Program-made: the position numbers and the translations under genes
Shown here: positions 36,478 through 49,739 of the stretch, piece after piece
Layout: each line of letters begins with the position of its first letter
Numbering within the stretch: position 1 is the first letter of the stretch
The notes under the pieces: model-generated
What the model saw: only the letters and a program-made list of their open reading frames with translations
Told to the model about the DNA's origin: nothing
Databases searched by the model: none
Assembly (NCBI RefSeq): GCF_030028105.1
Contig: NC_092379.1
Location: forward strand, 63,066,008 to 63,130,007
DNA from: Mobula birostris
Taxonomy: Eukaryota
Reading direction: 5' to 3'
DNA: 64,000 nucleotides

Positions 36478-39030
36478 ACTTCAAAGTTCAAAATAAATTT
36501 ATTACAATACATATATGTCACCATTAACAACTCTGAGATTCATTTTCCTGTGGGCATACTCAATAAATCCATAATAGAGTTAAGGTTAGACCACGCAAAC
36601 TTGGCTGTTCAACCAGTGTGTAAAAGACAATAAACTGCAAATACAAAAGAAAATGACAATAGTATTAATAATAAATAAATTAGCAATAACTATCGATAAC
36701 ATGAGATGAAGAGTTCTTGATAGTGTGTTCACAGGTTATGGGAACATTTCAATGATGGGGCAAGCTTGGTTCAAGAGCCTGAAGACTGAGGGGTACTAAC
36801 TGTTCCTGAAGCTCTTGGTGTGAGTCCTGAGGCTCCTGTACCTTTTTCCTGTTGGCAGCAGCGAGAAGAGAGCATGGCCAGAATGGGGGGTGACCCCTGA
36901 TGATGGATGCTGCTTTCCTGCAGCTTTTTTGCACATACATGCTTTTGAAACAAGTCCTTCGAAATAATAACACAGAGGAATTTAAAGCTGCTGCTCCTCC
37001 CCACCTCTGATCCTCCGATGAGGACTGGTTCATGGACCTCTGGTTTCCTCCTCCTGAAGTCAATAATCAGTTCCTGACATTGAATAAGAGATTGTTGTTA
37101 TGACACCACTCAGCCAGATTTTCAGTCTCCCTCCTATATGCTGATTCATCACCATCTTTGATTCGGCCAGTAACAGTGGTGTCATCAGCAAACCTGAGTA
37201 CGGCATTGCAGCTATGCTTAGCCACACAGTCATTACTGTAAAGCTAGTAGAGCTGGGAGCTAAACACACAGCTTTGTCGGGCACCTCTGATGATGGAAAT
37301 CGTGGAGGAAATGTTGCCAATCTGAACTGACTGGGATCTTCAAGTAAGGAAATAGAGGATCCAGTTGCACAAAGAGGTACTGAGGTCAAGATCTTGAAGG
37401 GGATGATGGTATTGAGCTCTAGTTGATGAAGAGCATCTTTGCTGTCCAGATGTTCCAGGGTTGAGTGAGGAGCCAATGAGATGACATCTGCTGTGGATCT
37501 TTTAACTCTGGTAGGCAAAATTGAAGTGGCTTAAAGGCACTTCTCAGGCAGGAGTTGATGTGTTTCATCACTCCATCACTGTGGATGTAAGTGCTACTAG
37601 GCAATAGTGATTGAGACAGATTACCACATCCTTCTTAGGCACCAGTATAATTGAAGCGTGCTTGAAGCAAGCCGGTATCTGAGACTGCTGAAGTGAGGTA
37701 AAAATCTCAGTGAACACGCCAGCCAGCTTGTCAGCACAGATCTTTAGAGCTTGGCTTGCTATCCTATCTGGGCCGGATGCTTTTCATGGGTTCACTCTCC
37801 TGAAGGCTGCTTGCATGTCGGCCTCAGTGACTGAAATCACAAGTTCGTCAGGGGCTATTGGGAGTTTGATAATAGTTTCTCCAAGTTTTGACCGTCAAGG
37901 CGAGCACAGAAGCAATTGAGCTCATCTGGAAGCAAAGTCCTGCTGTCGCCTACGTCACTTGACATAACTTTTTAAGTATTCAAGCCCTGCCACAACTGTT
38001 GAGCATCCTTCGTTGATTCAAGTCTAGTCTAGAATTGTTACTTTGCCTGTGAAATAGCTTCCGGAGATCATACTTGGACCTCTTATAACTTTGTTGGTCA
38101 CCAGACTTGGCCCTCAGCAGATTGTGGATCATGATTCATCCAGGTCTTCTGGTTGGAGAAGATTTTGGGGGGACACACTTGTTCAAAGCTCTTTTAATAA
38201 AGTCTGAGACAACCATGGTGTATTCATTCAGATCCACAGATCAGTCCTTAAACACAACCCGGTCTACAGACGCGAAGGAATCCAGTAGCTGCTTCTCTGC
38301 CTTCAGCGACCACCTCTGTTGTCCAAATATCCAGATTTACTGAAATGCGGTCTGAGCATGGAACAGTAGGCATTCCTTATCTTCGTATAACAGTTCTCTA
38401 GTGTTTTGGGACCTCTGGTGCCACAGGTTATATGCTAATGGTAATTGGGGAGGGTTTTCTTCAAACAAGTCGGTTGAAGTTCCCAATTGATTTGTAATGC
38501 ATCAGGATGGTCTGTTTCTTGTTGGGAGATGGCATCATGCAGTATCTCAAGCGGTCGATTATGGTCAGCCACTGGTAGTATGAAAACTACTGTCAGAATT
38601 ACAGAACTCAATAGGTAAAAAGAATGGACGGCATTTGACCGTTCGGTGTTCAAGGTCGGGAGAAGATGAGTTCAACAAAATCACCACATCGAAACGCCAT
38701 CGAGAGTTTATCACGAAGCACATATCTCCACCTTTTACCTTATCCGAATCAGCAGTTCGGTCCATTCTGAGAATCGAGAAGCCTTCAGGTCTGATTGCCA
38801 TATCTGGCATGTAGGGAGAAAACCACGTTTTACTCAAACTTCGAACACAATAATCTCTCATTTCCCTCCGATACAGCAACCTTGCCCTCAGGTCCTCAAT
38901 GTTGTTCTCCCGCAACTGTACATTTGCTAACAACATGCCGGGCAGAGGGGGCCTGATCATTTTGATGATATCCAGCAAATTCCTGATGATCACAATAGTA
39001 TGGTCAAAGACATGTTGAAAATTTGTGTAC
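36478..39030 (-). mobile_element. Degraded Rex1/L2-like LINE (endonuclease, RT, tail)
   Basis: ORF 38565..39032 (LLANVQ, RPEGFSILRMDRT), RSTADVISLA.H.TLEHL, FADDTT relic, AAGTTC-repeat tail. Confidence 0.85.
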
Positions 39031-39439
39031 ATCTTGGATTTATTTACTCATTCATCAGAAGCAGCCTGCAGATGAATCAATAAGACAAACTGTCCTTTCT
39101 TGTTCTTTTTAATTTATATATACAAATTTTTAGATGTTTACAATCATATTAGATTTACTATTCCGAGAAAAATACAAAATTTGACTTTTGTTAAAAATGA
39201 ACATTTAAATTCAGAGGAAATGACAGAGTTCTGGAGGAACTGAGACTTTGCCGCAAGAAACCAACTTGGCACTGCTATAGAAATATCAGGGGAGTTATGA
39301 TCTCAATATTAGGAAGACAGAATCATTTTATTTCAGGATAATTTTATTACAGCTGGAAAACTGGTTGCTATGACAGTGATACAGCTTCTTAATCATGGTG
39401 GTCATTAGCTACAAGGTCATTTGAATAATGTGCTCAATA

Positions 39440-40234
39440 CTTCATTGTGGCTAAGTACAGCTCCAACACCATATACATGTTTGCTGATGATACCACTGTT
39501 GTGGGCCAATCAAAAGTGGTGATGAATCAGCATACAGGAGGGAGATTGAAAGTTTGGCTGAGTGGTATAATAACAACAACCTCTCACTCAATGTCAGTAA
39601 GGCAAGGAACAGATTGTAGACTTCATGAGAGGAAGACCAGACCATGAACCAGTAATCATTGGAGGATAAGAGGTGGAGAGGGCCAGTAACTTTAAGTTCA
39701 TTGGTGCTGCTATCTCAGAGGACCTGTCCTGGACCCATTATATAAATATAATTGCAAAGAAAGCACGACAGCACCTCTACTTCCTCAGGAGACTGCAGAG
39801 ATTCACCATGTCATCAAAAACTTTGACAAAATTAATAAATGTGTGGTGGAAAGTGTGCTGACTGGCTGCATAACAGCCCGGTATGGGAACAGCAATGCCT
39901 TTGAGCAGAAAATCCTACAAAAGGTAGTGGATTCGGCCCAGTATATCATGGGTAAAACCCTCCCAACCATTGAGCGCATTACATGAAACACTGCTGTAGA
40001 AAAGTAGCATCCATCATCACGCTCCCCACCACCCAGGCCTCTTTTATCTTGTTATTTCATGCTCATTGTTTATTTATATTTATTTGTATTTCTGTTGCCA
40101 CAGTTTGTTGTCCATTGATCCCGCTTATAGTTACTGTTCTATAAATTTGCTAAGTATGCCCGCAGAAAAGAATCTCAGGGTTGTACGTGGTGACATGTAT
40201 GTACTCTGATAATAAATTTTACTTTGAACTTTGA
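39440..40234 (+). mobile_element. Rex1/L2-like 3' fragment
   Basis: YMFADDTTVVG and KKARQHLYFLRRL; (TTTGAAC)n tail. Confidence 0.85.
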
Positions 40235-40579
40235 ATTAATTAGTTCCTGAAAATCGAAAGCAAATAACCTCACTCATTCTCAGCGTACTACACTTAAAAT
40301 GAAGTGGGTCATCCTAACAAATCTTGTATTTAGCGAAACTTTATTTAAGAATCCTGGTTCCAATTTCATTGTGCTCACTTGCCAACTGATTCTAAAAGTT
40401 CCCTGATACATGTATGTGTTCATCGTTTTATTACAGTTGTGACTCAATGTTCCAAAATCATTGATCTGCAACCAGGAATTTGTGGCCAGAAATTATTAAT
40501 GTACCCAAGAAATAAGGTGTGGCATCTCAGACTAAAAACTTGAATACCAATAAATTATTTAAGAGCACATTCTTTTTTT

Positions 40580-41535
40580 CAGCTCCAGTTCCACATTCAA
40601 ATTGGCTGATGACACCAATATCACTGGCTGAAGCAAAGGTGGTGATGAAGCAGCTTATAGGAGGGAGATTGAAAATCTGGTTGAATGGTGCCACAACAAC
40701 AACCTCTCACTCAATGTCAGGAAGGAGCAGATTATTGACTTCAAGGGGAGGAAACCAGGTGTTCATTAGTCAGTCCTCATCGGAGGACCTGTCCTAGGCC
40801 CAGCACATAAGTGCAATTAAGAAGAAAGAACAGCAGTGCCTCAACTTCCTTAGGAGTTTGCGAAGATCAGCATGACATATAAAACTTTGACAAAAACATC
40901 TATAGGTGTGTAGTGGAGTGTATATTGACTGGCTGCATCATAGAATAGTATGGAAACACAAAAGCCCTTGAATGGAAAATCCAACAAAAAGTAGTGGATA
41001 TGGCCCAATCCATCATAGGTACACCCCTCCCCATCACTGAGCACATCTGTATGAAGCATTGTCTTAGAAGAGCAACATCCATCACCAGGAACCCTCACTA
41101 CCCAGGACATGTTGTCTTCTTGCTGCTGCCATCAGGAAGAAGGTACAAAAGACTTACGCTCACACCACCAGGTTCAGGAACAGTTACAACCCCTCAACGC
41201 TCAGGCTCTAAAACCAAAGGGGATAACTTCATTCAATTTTACTTGCCCCACCCATCATTGAAGTGTTCCCACAACCTATGGACTCACTTTCAAGGACACT
41301 TCATCTCATGTTCTCGATATTTATAGCTTATTTATTTAATACTATTATTACTTTCTTTCTTTTTGTATTTGCACAGTTATAGTCTTTTTCACATTGGTTG
41401 AACAAAGGACAAATCGTCTTTCATTGATTCTATTATGGTTATTATTCTATTATGGATTTATTGAGACCACCTGCAAGAAAATGAATCTCAGGGTTGTATA
41501 TGGTGAGATATAGGTACTCTGATAACTTCAAACTT
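40580..41535 (+). mobile_element. Rex1/L2-like 3' fragment
   Basis: Homologous to 39440-40234; LLPSGRRY motif. Confidence 0.85.
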
Positions 41536-42174
41536 TTTTTTTAAAAGAAAAGATCTAACTCGTATCAGATTACCAAGATTTCCAATTATAGATCTAACAT
41601 AATTGAGCCCAAAACCAGCTTTCTTCCTCTATGGTACAATATGATAGTTGGCAACGAAGCACAGTTTTGCCTTGGATAACATGTGAGAGATATTCCCTTC
41701 AAAACATGATGTTCCATAGTTCATGCCCAAATGATCAAGCTAAAATAACACTAGGTAGGGATGAAACAGAGAAATACACACTTCATCAAGAAGAAAGAAA
41801 GAAAGACATATCTTAAAATTTGATTTGAAAATACTACATTGCTAACTCCTTTCCATAGAATTTCTCAAACTAGTTCAGGATTGAGTTTTTTTTGGAGTTG
41901 GTGAGTGAAAGACTATGGGCAAGATTAAGAGCGGCAGAGCATATCAGAGTTAAAAGCACAGACAAAGTGAACCCCAAGGCAAGCATGCAAAGGTGAGGAG
42001 GAGCAACCTATAGTACCAAGGGAAAGAGAGCGTTGGCAATTCACAGTCGGTGAGTAAGGACTTATTTTCCTTAATCTGAAAGTCAAAATTGTTCCACTCA
42101 TCCATAGCTGGATTAACAGTGGTCAGTCTTGCTGTTAGAAGTGTAACAAAATGAAGTATCAGTACAAGCAGATG

Positions 42175-42362
42175 ATAAAAGGCATCCGTTAGTCTTGCGA
42201 GACCATGGATCTGCGCCTGGAAAGTCTTCACTCTCCAGGGTGCAGGCCTGGACAAGGTTGTATGGAAGGCCAGCAGTTGCCCATGCTGCAAGTCTCCCCT
42301 CTCCACGACACCAATGTTGTCCAAGGGAAGGGCATTAGGATCCATACAGCTTGGCACCAGAT
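42175..42362 (+). mobile_element. Short interspersed repeat fragment (RTE 5'UTR- or SINE-like)
   Basis: GC-richer block ccgttagtcttgcgagaccatggatctgcgcctgg... in AT-rich surroundings. Family assignment is from memory only. Confidence 0.35.
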
Positions 42363-43347
42363 GATGCAGAAGATTAAATCTATTTCAGTCTCATAAAGAT
42401 AAATCTATGAAATAAAACAGCATGCTTTTCAAAAAAGAAGCCCGTTAAAATAGGAGTGAGATTACTTTTAACTGCTTTAGCAAAAACAGATAGAGAAATC
42501 AAGCTTTTAAAAGTGTTGTGGCTGTATGCAACAAAGGAAATTGCTCACTTGTTATTGCTACATTGGATGCTTCACTAATGAATATGATAAACAAAAAATA
42601 AACTACAAAACTTACAACATTTGCATTTATTAATGAAAAATTTGCATATTGAAACCAACAGCAGTTACTGAGAGGTCTTATTAAGTCTCAAAATGTCTCA
42701 CACTAACTAAAAATATATGATCTACTTGCAACATATTTATTGATCCTTTTATCCTATTCCTTTGATCTCAAGCTATATCAGTCAAACTTGATGCTAACAG
42801 GAATACCAGTGGGAACCAATTCATCAGGATCTTGAATTCTTCCATAAAGAAAGAACAGCAACATTGATCGTAATGATTACCAAAATACTCCCTGTAACAT
42901 TCACCTGCTGGCTGGTTAGAAACATGAATATCAAGGAGCTGTATACCGTAGTCTGCAACTTGTTACTCTATGCTTCAGTACTGTTTTAATAAATACCCTT
43001 TAGTGCCAATAATTCAGATCTGTGGCATAGATTTCAACGACAGAAACATCAACCTACTTGAGAACGGTAATTAGTAACATGTAACTGGTGCACCCATTCA
43101 ACAAATAGAAATGGACATTATTTGTAAAAGCAACTCAAATAGTTAAGTCAATATTTGAGCAAGAAATTATCTTAGTTGTATATGATCAAAGAAACAAGAC
43201 AAATATGTGAGTGTACTATCCGTTTCCTCATCTTATTTGAGATGTGTATGGGAAAAGCAGTATTTAAATAAGGCAGAAATTATGCCCATTATTTCTGCTG
43301 TACTAGTTTTGCTCAACAATTCTTAAGGAAATAACAAAAATACTTAC

Positions 43348-43475
43348 CACTTTTTCCAATGTCGGAATACTGCATGACCCGTCACTAATACTTCCTCCAT
43401 CGCCATTCTCTTCAGTAGTTTCTTCTTCCTCTTCCTCATCTTCATCCTCCCTTTGTTCCAATTCACTTGGAACAC
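43348..43475 (-). CDS. HDX: HDX coding exon, acidic linker (G/VPSELEQREDEDEEEEEETTEENGDGGSISDGSCSIPTLEKV)
   Basis: 128 nt, phase 1/0. Acceptor ctgtctttatag, donor GTG|gtaagt. Open frame that joins both neighbouring exons. Confidence 0.88.
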
Positions 43476-43706
43476 CTATAAAGACAGATTGTAAATTAGG
43501 ACCTGCAGGTAAAGAGGCCTTGAAATAAGCTGGATAAGATACCAGAATACCACTGTTTCAAGTGACATTAACCTTACAGAGGAACATAGGGAAAACCAAT
43601 GCACCTGTGTGTATGTATGCAAGTGTAAAATGCTTGCAAGTATTTTTGTGAGCACATATATAGTTGAACAGCCATTTAAAACTTCACTCTTTGGATAAGA
43701 TTGTAC

Positions 43707-43905
43707 CTTCAGATAAACTGACATCATCTTTGTTCTTGTCATTATCTTCAGAATTTTCTGGTGACTTGATTGTTTCCGCCTTGACTTCAGACAATGCAGG
43801 TGAACTAGCATTTGATAGAATTGAAAAGTCAGCTGGTCCACCACGTGCAGGAGGTAACTCAATCCCCAGCTGCCGATATTTTCTTCGCCGATTTCCTATC
43901 CATGT
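43707..43905 (-). CDS. HDX: HDX coding exon, recognition helix and linker (TWIGNRRRKYRQLGIELPPARGGPADFS...DDVSLSE/G)
   Basis: 199 nt, phase 0/1. Acceptor ttcttctgaaaag, donor GAAG|gtacaa. Matches HDX TWIGNRRRKYRLMGIEVPPPRGGPADFS as recalled. Lies inside ORF 43684..43971. Confidence 0.95.
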
Positions 43906-44449
43906 CTTTTCAGAAGAACAAGGAGGGAAAAGTGAACACATTAAGAGCACAATAACTATTTTGTATGACAAAAAGATTGTATGTTTAAAAGAACAGCAAA
44001 GTATTCAACAGGTACTTCAGTTGAAGGTGGTGAAATATGTAATGCAAGCAGTAATGTAATATTACATTGGTTCCCTTACTGCTTGCTTAACTTATGCACC
44101 GATTGAAGCAGAGAACATCGATAAAACTCAGACACAATATTCTCTCTTTGCCTCAAGGATTCCAAATCCATGACTGCTGAACTTGAGCTGGGTGTGACCA
44201 GACTGAAGATGGGCAGTGGGTTTACTTAATTGAAAAGGATTAATGAACCTCTTCATTAAATGAATCCTGCAGATTTTGTTGTCACTTTCCTGATACAATG
44301 TCAAAGCATGTGCATTGATGTGCAATGATAAACAGTCATCCCTTAAATGTGAGCAACAGATACACCCAAAGAATTTGGATATGCCCCTTCACATATACAT
44401 AAAGTATAGGATAATTATATTCATAACATTAAGAGAGGCTGTCTCAAGG

Positions 44450-45315
44450 TCCAAGTGTTGCTGTTTGGGGTCAAAGGTTGGGGCTTTGGTTAGGAGAGGG
44501 AGCAGCAATAAGGCAAGGTAAGATTTGCCTTTTCCTTCAGCCACTTGTTAAAAGGAGCAGTGATGGTAGTCAGTGGAGCACACTGCTCCTCCTATGAGAT
44601 GCAGGCGGAAGGGATTTAGCATAATTTGGCATTATGCTCAGCACCGATATTGTGGGCTCAAGGGGCTGTTCCTGCACTGTACTGTTCTATGTTGGAAACC
44701 AGGGAGAAGTCTAGTGTCTCTCATGACCATGTCTGCAGGAAGTGTCCAGCTCCTCTCAAACTGCATGGATCAGTTGGAGCCATAGCTGGATTCACTGAAG
44801 AACACACACGAGGCAGACTGAAGCTACAGAGTGAAGCTTCCAGGAGGTGCTCACACCGCACTAGACAGGTGGATGATTACTAGAGGAGGGAGGGGACTGC
44901 TGAAGGAGTTCCCCAATGGCTATTCCTCTCTCAAATAAGTATAACTGTTGGAGCCCTCTCGGGACAAAACGATAGCATCAGCCACATCAGTGGCTCTATT
45001 GCACAGTGGAGTGGATCAAAGAGCAGGTGAACAGTAGTGATAGGGAACTCTATAATCAGAGGCACAGGCAGGCATTTCTCTGCCATGAGTGGGACTCCAT
45101 GAAGACTTGTATGGTCCATGGTGCCAAGATCAAGGATGCCAACGTGTAGAGGACATTCTGAAAGGGGAGGGTGAGCAGCTGGGGTTATGGTCTTTATTGG
45201 TACCAACTGCATAGGCAGTAAGAGAGGATATCCTGCAAATAGACTTTATGGAGTAAGGTAGAAAGTCAAAAAATAAAAGACCTCCAGAATGTAATCTCAG
45301 GACTACTATCCATAC
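44450..45315 (+). mobile_element. CR1 ORF1 relic (zinc finger and SGNH esterase)
   Basis: CSSYEM...HVCRKC finger, IPLSNKY, VVIGNSIIRG, FIGTN. Interrupted by a CR1 tail piece at about 44607-44692. Confidence 0.7.
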
Positions 45316-45319
45316 CACA

Positions 45320-47600
45320 TCAAGTTCAACTTCACTGCCATTTCAACTGTATACATGTTTACCACCAAAAGAAACGACATTTCTCCAGACCAAGGAGCTC
45401 AACACACTGTGTTTAACTCACACACAACAAAGTAATATTACCACAAATAAATTAACAAATAATAAGGGGCATTTACTTTACAAGTTAAAAAGTAAACCAT
45501 ATAACATTACTGGTGGGGGAATTAAGCTGATCCCAACCTAACAATCCTTGTCCTAATGCTACAGTACTTCCTGCCTGATGGTAGGAGTCAAAGAGAGTGT
45601 TATACGGATAAGAGGGATAATTGAGAATGCTAAGGGCCCTGCGTACATAGCACTCTTGGTAAATATCTTGGATGGGTGGAAGAGAGACCCCAATGAACCT
45701 CTCAGCAATCCTCACAATGCTGTGTAGGGGTTTGCAGTCAGATGCCTTACAATTCCTGTACCAGACATTGATGCAGCTGGCCAGGATATTCCTGTAAAAA
45801 TTAGTTTGAATGGCGGGGGCTCACTTGCCTCAAACTCCTCAGGAAGTACATTCTTGTATAACCAAGTGGTGTTGACAGACCAGGTGAGATCATCCACTAT
45901 GTGCACTCCCAGGAAATTGGTGCTCCTAATTCTCTCTAAGGAGGAGTTATTTATGTGCAGTGAGGAAATGATCAGCCTACACCTTCCTGAAAGCCACAAT
46001 CATCCCTTTAGCCTTGACAACATTAAGACTCAAGTCGTTGTACTTGCACCATTCCATCAGCCAATCTACCTCCTCTCTGTATGCCATCTCATCATCACTG
46101 TTGATGAGGACAACTATTTTTGTATCATTCGGTTGGGACTGGTTCTAGCAGTAGAGTCACGTGTCAGCAGCGGGCATGAACACAGCCCAGAGGCATAGTG
46201 GTGCTCAGCATGATGGAGCTAGAGATGTTGCTGCCAACATGGACTGAATGTGGTCCTTCTGTCAAGAAGTCCACGATCTTGTCATAAGGGGGCGATGGAA
46301 GTGGACTCAAATGCAAGACACAGACATTGAAGTACTAGGAACTGGACTATATTTATTAAGAATGCTAGGGAAGCCAAGGAGCAAGGACAAAATGATAATA
46401 AAAAGGTAGATGAAGAGTGACAAACCGGAAAACCTGGACTTGGACTTGAACTTGACAGGGAACTCAGGTCATGACTCGGGACTCTCGACTTGGACTTGGA
46501 ACTTGGCTCTCGACTTGGACTTGAAACTTGACTCTTGACTTGGACTAGGCTCAGACTTGACTTAGACACAGGACACAGAACATTGAGCCGAGGCTCCTCC
46601 TTGGACACAGGACATAGAGCCAGGACTCTTCTTGGCCGCAGGGCACAAAACACTGAGACTGTTGCCCCCTCAGGGTAGCGGCAAAAGGCCAGACCTACCT
46701 GGTGGAGGAGAGAACACAGAGAGACAAAACCACACAATGATAGACTGACCTTTATCTTGACACGAAAAAGCTCCAAGTAGCGGCAGGCCCTAGACACGGC
46801 CCAGGAACTACAGACAGCAGCTCTAGTCTCACTCCGGCGGGTTAACTTGACAGGGATTCTGACAAGGTTACTGACGAGGACAGTCCAGCAAGGAATCACT
46901 GGACCCCAGAGCTATTTATGTTGCCAGCCCAAATCGAGAATCAGGTGCCTCAATTAAGGCGCCCAATGGAACAAGGGAAAAAAGGAATAGCCGGAATACG
47001 GAATCCACGGACTGGACTGTGAACCAGAATGCAGACTTCACGGACCGGACCATGTCAGATCTATTTACAGAGAGAGGTGTTGAGAGCCAACGAGGAAATT
47101 TAACTCACTAACTTCTAAGAGACCTGAAGTCGATAAACAGCAGCCTGGCAAATGATGTATCATTTTCAAGGTGAAACAAGACTGATTGGAGAGCAGAGGC
47201 TATGGCATCATCAATGGACCAATCTGAGTGATAAGCGAATTGGAAAGGGTCCAATGTTGCAGGAAGATGGGACTCAACGCGATCCATAACCAGTTGCTCA
47301 ATGCATTTCATTATTGTTGAGGTGAGTGCCACTGAACGGTAGTCATTAGAACATGTTACTCTCGTCCTCTTAGGCACTGGGATGATGTTGGCTGACTTAA
47401 AGCCTGTGGAGAGAATGTATTGTTCCAGAGAGATGTTGAAGATGTCTGTTAGAACCTCTGTTAACATGGCTGCACAATTGGTCAGCACCAGACCAGGCAT
47501 GTTATCGGGCACTGCAGGTTTTGTGTGGGTTGACCCTGGCTAGGGTCTTCCTCACATCAGCTGCAGCCAGAGTGCCTGCTCCTAAAGGAGAGGAGGCCTT
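45320..47600 (-). mobile_element. Rex1/L2-like RT and tail, split by a solo LTR
   Basis: ORF 47108..47512 (NDYRSVALTSTIMKC, LDPFQFAY, RLLFIDF) and 45712..45999. Confidence 0.85.
46280..47057. mobile_element. Solo LTR, 778 bp, with an internal GGACTT-type array
   Basis: Termini TGTCA...TGTCA. 5-bp TSD GATCT at 46275-46279 and 47058-47062. The host RT rejoins across it. Confidence 0.82.
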
Positions 47601-47737
47601 CCTTCCTTTCTGAAATTTGACAGAGCTCTTTGAAAGGAATATTCCAATAAAAGAATATAAAGGGAACAAGAAAGAAGCAGGGAAATAGAAAGTTCAAAAT
47701 GTCCAATAGATCAAATTAAATTTATTATCGAAGTACA

Positions 47738-49170
47738 TAGTACTGAGCAAAAGCCTTAAGGACCCTAGGTTTTTTATATAAATGTTGTTTTAAATTTTTA
47801 TTTTTTTTCTTCTGCATTAATATGTCAGCAGAAAAGAGTACATTTTAGATTTGCAAACTTCCATTTTCCAAAAAACTAAATTATAGAGATTTTTGTGTTT
47901 TGTTAAAGAAAGTAAAATATTAAGTAATAGACTACTTTCCAAATAAAAACTTGATGACCCTGTCGGTACATAGCATGATTAAACAAAGATAACAAATGTG
48001 CTAATGATCAATAACATAATGAGTTGTATGAACTAAACTGAAACAGGTGAATCAAACTGGGCATGGACAACCAAACTAAAAGGTGAGGGTGTGGCAGATG
48101 TGACTGTTTAACCATCATATCATTAATTCATACACTGTGGCAAGATGAGCATAGCACTAGGTGATCATCCTGCATCAGCAAGGTCTTTCCCAAGCAGAAA
48201 CTTTGCAGCAGAAAGGAGTTTCAAGATGTGCTGTCCAAGCTTTTCTGAAGAAGCACAAGAAAACAGGCAAGGTTGAGGACCAGAAACACAGTGGTCGCCC
48301 ATGGGAAGTGAATGTAGCAGATGAGAGATACATCAAACTGACTTCCCTTCTGCATCAGAAGCACTCCAACACTGCTATCAGCTCTGAACTCACAGAATCC
48401 ACTGAAACCCAAGTATACTCCTCTGAAGTCCAGAAGTTTTGGCAGAGGTGATTTTCATGGAAGAGTTGCTGCCAAAAGCCATTCCTCTAAAGTAGAAACA
48501 AAGCCAAGTGGCTCACCTGTGCACTAAAACACAAGGACTGGGGTGCTGAACAATGCCAGCAAATGATGAGCCTCTTGTTGGATGAGTGTTCGCAGCCAAT
48601 AGTGAAGCACAGCAGAGGTTCCCTGCAGGTTCAGGGCTACACTTCTGCAAATATAATTGCTGATTTGGTCAGAATTAATGGAATCCTCAGTGCTAAGAGG
48701 TACAAGTAGATTCTCTTCTATCACACAATAATATCAGGGAGGCATCTGATCAGTCCCAACTTCATTCTACAGCAGGACAATGACCCCAAACACATGGCCA
48801 AGGTCATAAAGAACTAACTACCTTCTGCGAAAAGAAGAACAAGGAGTTCTGCAGCAGATGGTATGGCCTGCACAGAGCAAGCAATACAGTGAAGTCTGCA
48901 GAAAAACTGTGGCAAGTTCTCCAAGAATCGTGGAACAACCTACCAACTGATTTTCTTATAAAACTGCATAACAGCATCCCTGAGAGAACTGATACAGTTT
49001 TAAAGCCAAAGGGTGGTCATACCAAATATTGATTTGATTTTGTTTTTACTGATTATTGCATTTTGTAGTAATTTTTTGATATTTAGAAACTTTTAATTTC
49101 AGTATTTTTGAAAGCATCTTCACTTGACAGAATTTTTTTTACATGTGCCTAAGACTTTTACACAGAACAG
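47738..49170 (+). mobile_element. Tc1/mariner DNA transposon with decayed transposase
   Basis: Degenerate TIRs (agtactgagcaaaagccttaag and cctaagacttttacacagaacag followed by TA). HTH region LHQQGLSQ...VSRCAVQ...SGRP (48161..48451). QQDNDPKH near 48770. Stops and frameshifts. Confidence 0.9.
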
Positions 49171-49172
49171 TA

Positions 49173-49580
49173 CTACTGAGATTCATTTTCTTGCAGGCGT
49201 TCACAATAAATGCAAAGAAACACAATAGAATCAATTAAAAACCACACACAAAGATGGACAAACAGCCAATGGGCAAAAGACAACAAACTGTGCAGATACA
49301 AAGAAAACAAAAAAGAAGTACTGTAAATAAGCAATAAATACTAAAAGCACAAGTTGTAGGATCCTTAAGACTGAGTCCACAGATTGTGGAATAAGTTCAG
49401 TGTTGGGGTGAGTGAAATTATCTCCTCTGGTTCAAACATCTAATAGTTGAGAGGTAATAACTCCTCCAGAACTTCATGGCATGGGATCTGAGGCTCCTGT
49501 ATCTCCTTCCTGATGGCAGCAGCGAGAAGAGAGCATAGCCTTGCTGAGACCAAGAGGGGCCATGAAATATCCTTGGTGAG
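49173..49580 (-). mobile_element. Rex1/L2-like tail hosting the Tc1 insertion (tail begins near 47710)
   Basis: aaatttattatcgaagtaca on the left of the Tc1 continues as ctgagattcattttcttgcagg on the right; LLPSGRRYRSL. Confidence 0.7.
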
Positions 49581-49581
49581 C

Positions 49582-49705
49582 ACATCATCATCATCATCAT
49601 CATCAGGTGCCATGCCCAGTTTGAGCTTTGACTGCCATGGTCCACACACTCCTGTTTTGGGTCAAGTAGATCAATTCATTGGTATTCATTTCCAATTCTC
49701 TGGCT
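49582..49705 (-). mobile_element. Retroposon 3' end with (GAT)7 tail
   Basis: (CAT)7 on the plus strand abutting about 100 bp of distinct sequence. Confidence 0.45.
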
Positions 49706-49739
49706 GCACACTGAAAACAAGGGGATAGCTCTGAAGAAG

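Noticed and set aside
43906-43971. N-terminal part of ORF 43684..43971 (signal-peptide-like MSYKIVIVLLMC)
   Set aside because: It is intronic read-through upstream of the true acceptor at 43906-43907.
46282-46899. 205-aa Ser-rich ORF as a gene
   Set aside because: It lies wholly within a solo LTR, and the open frame is explained by hexamer repeats.
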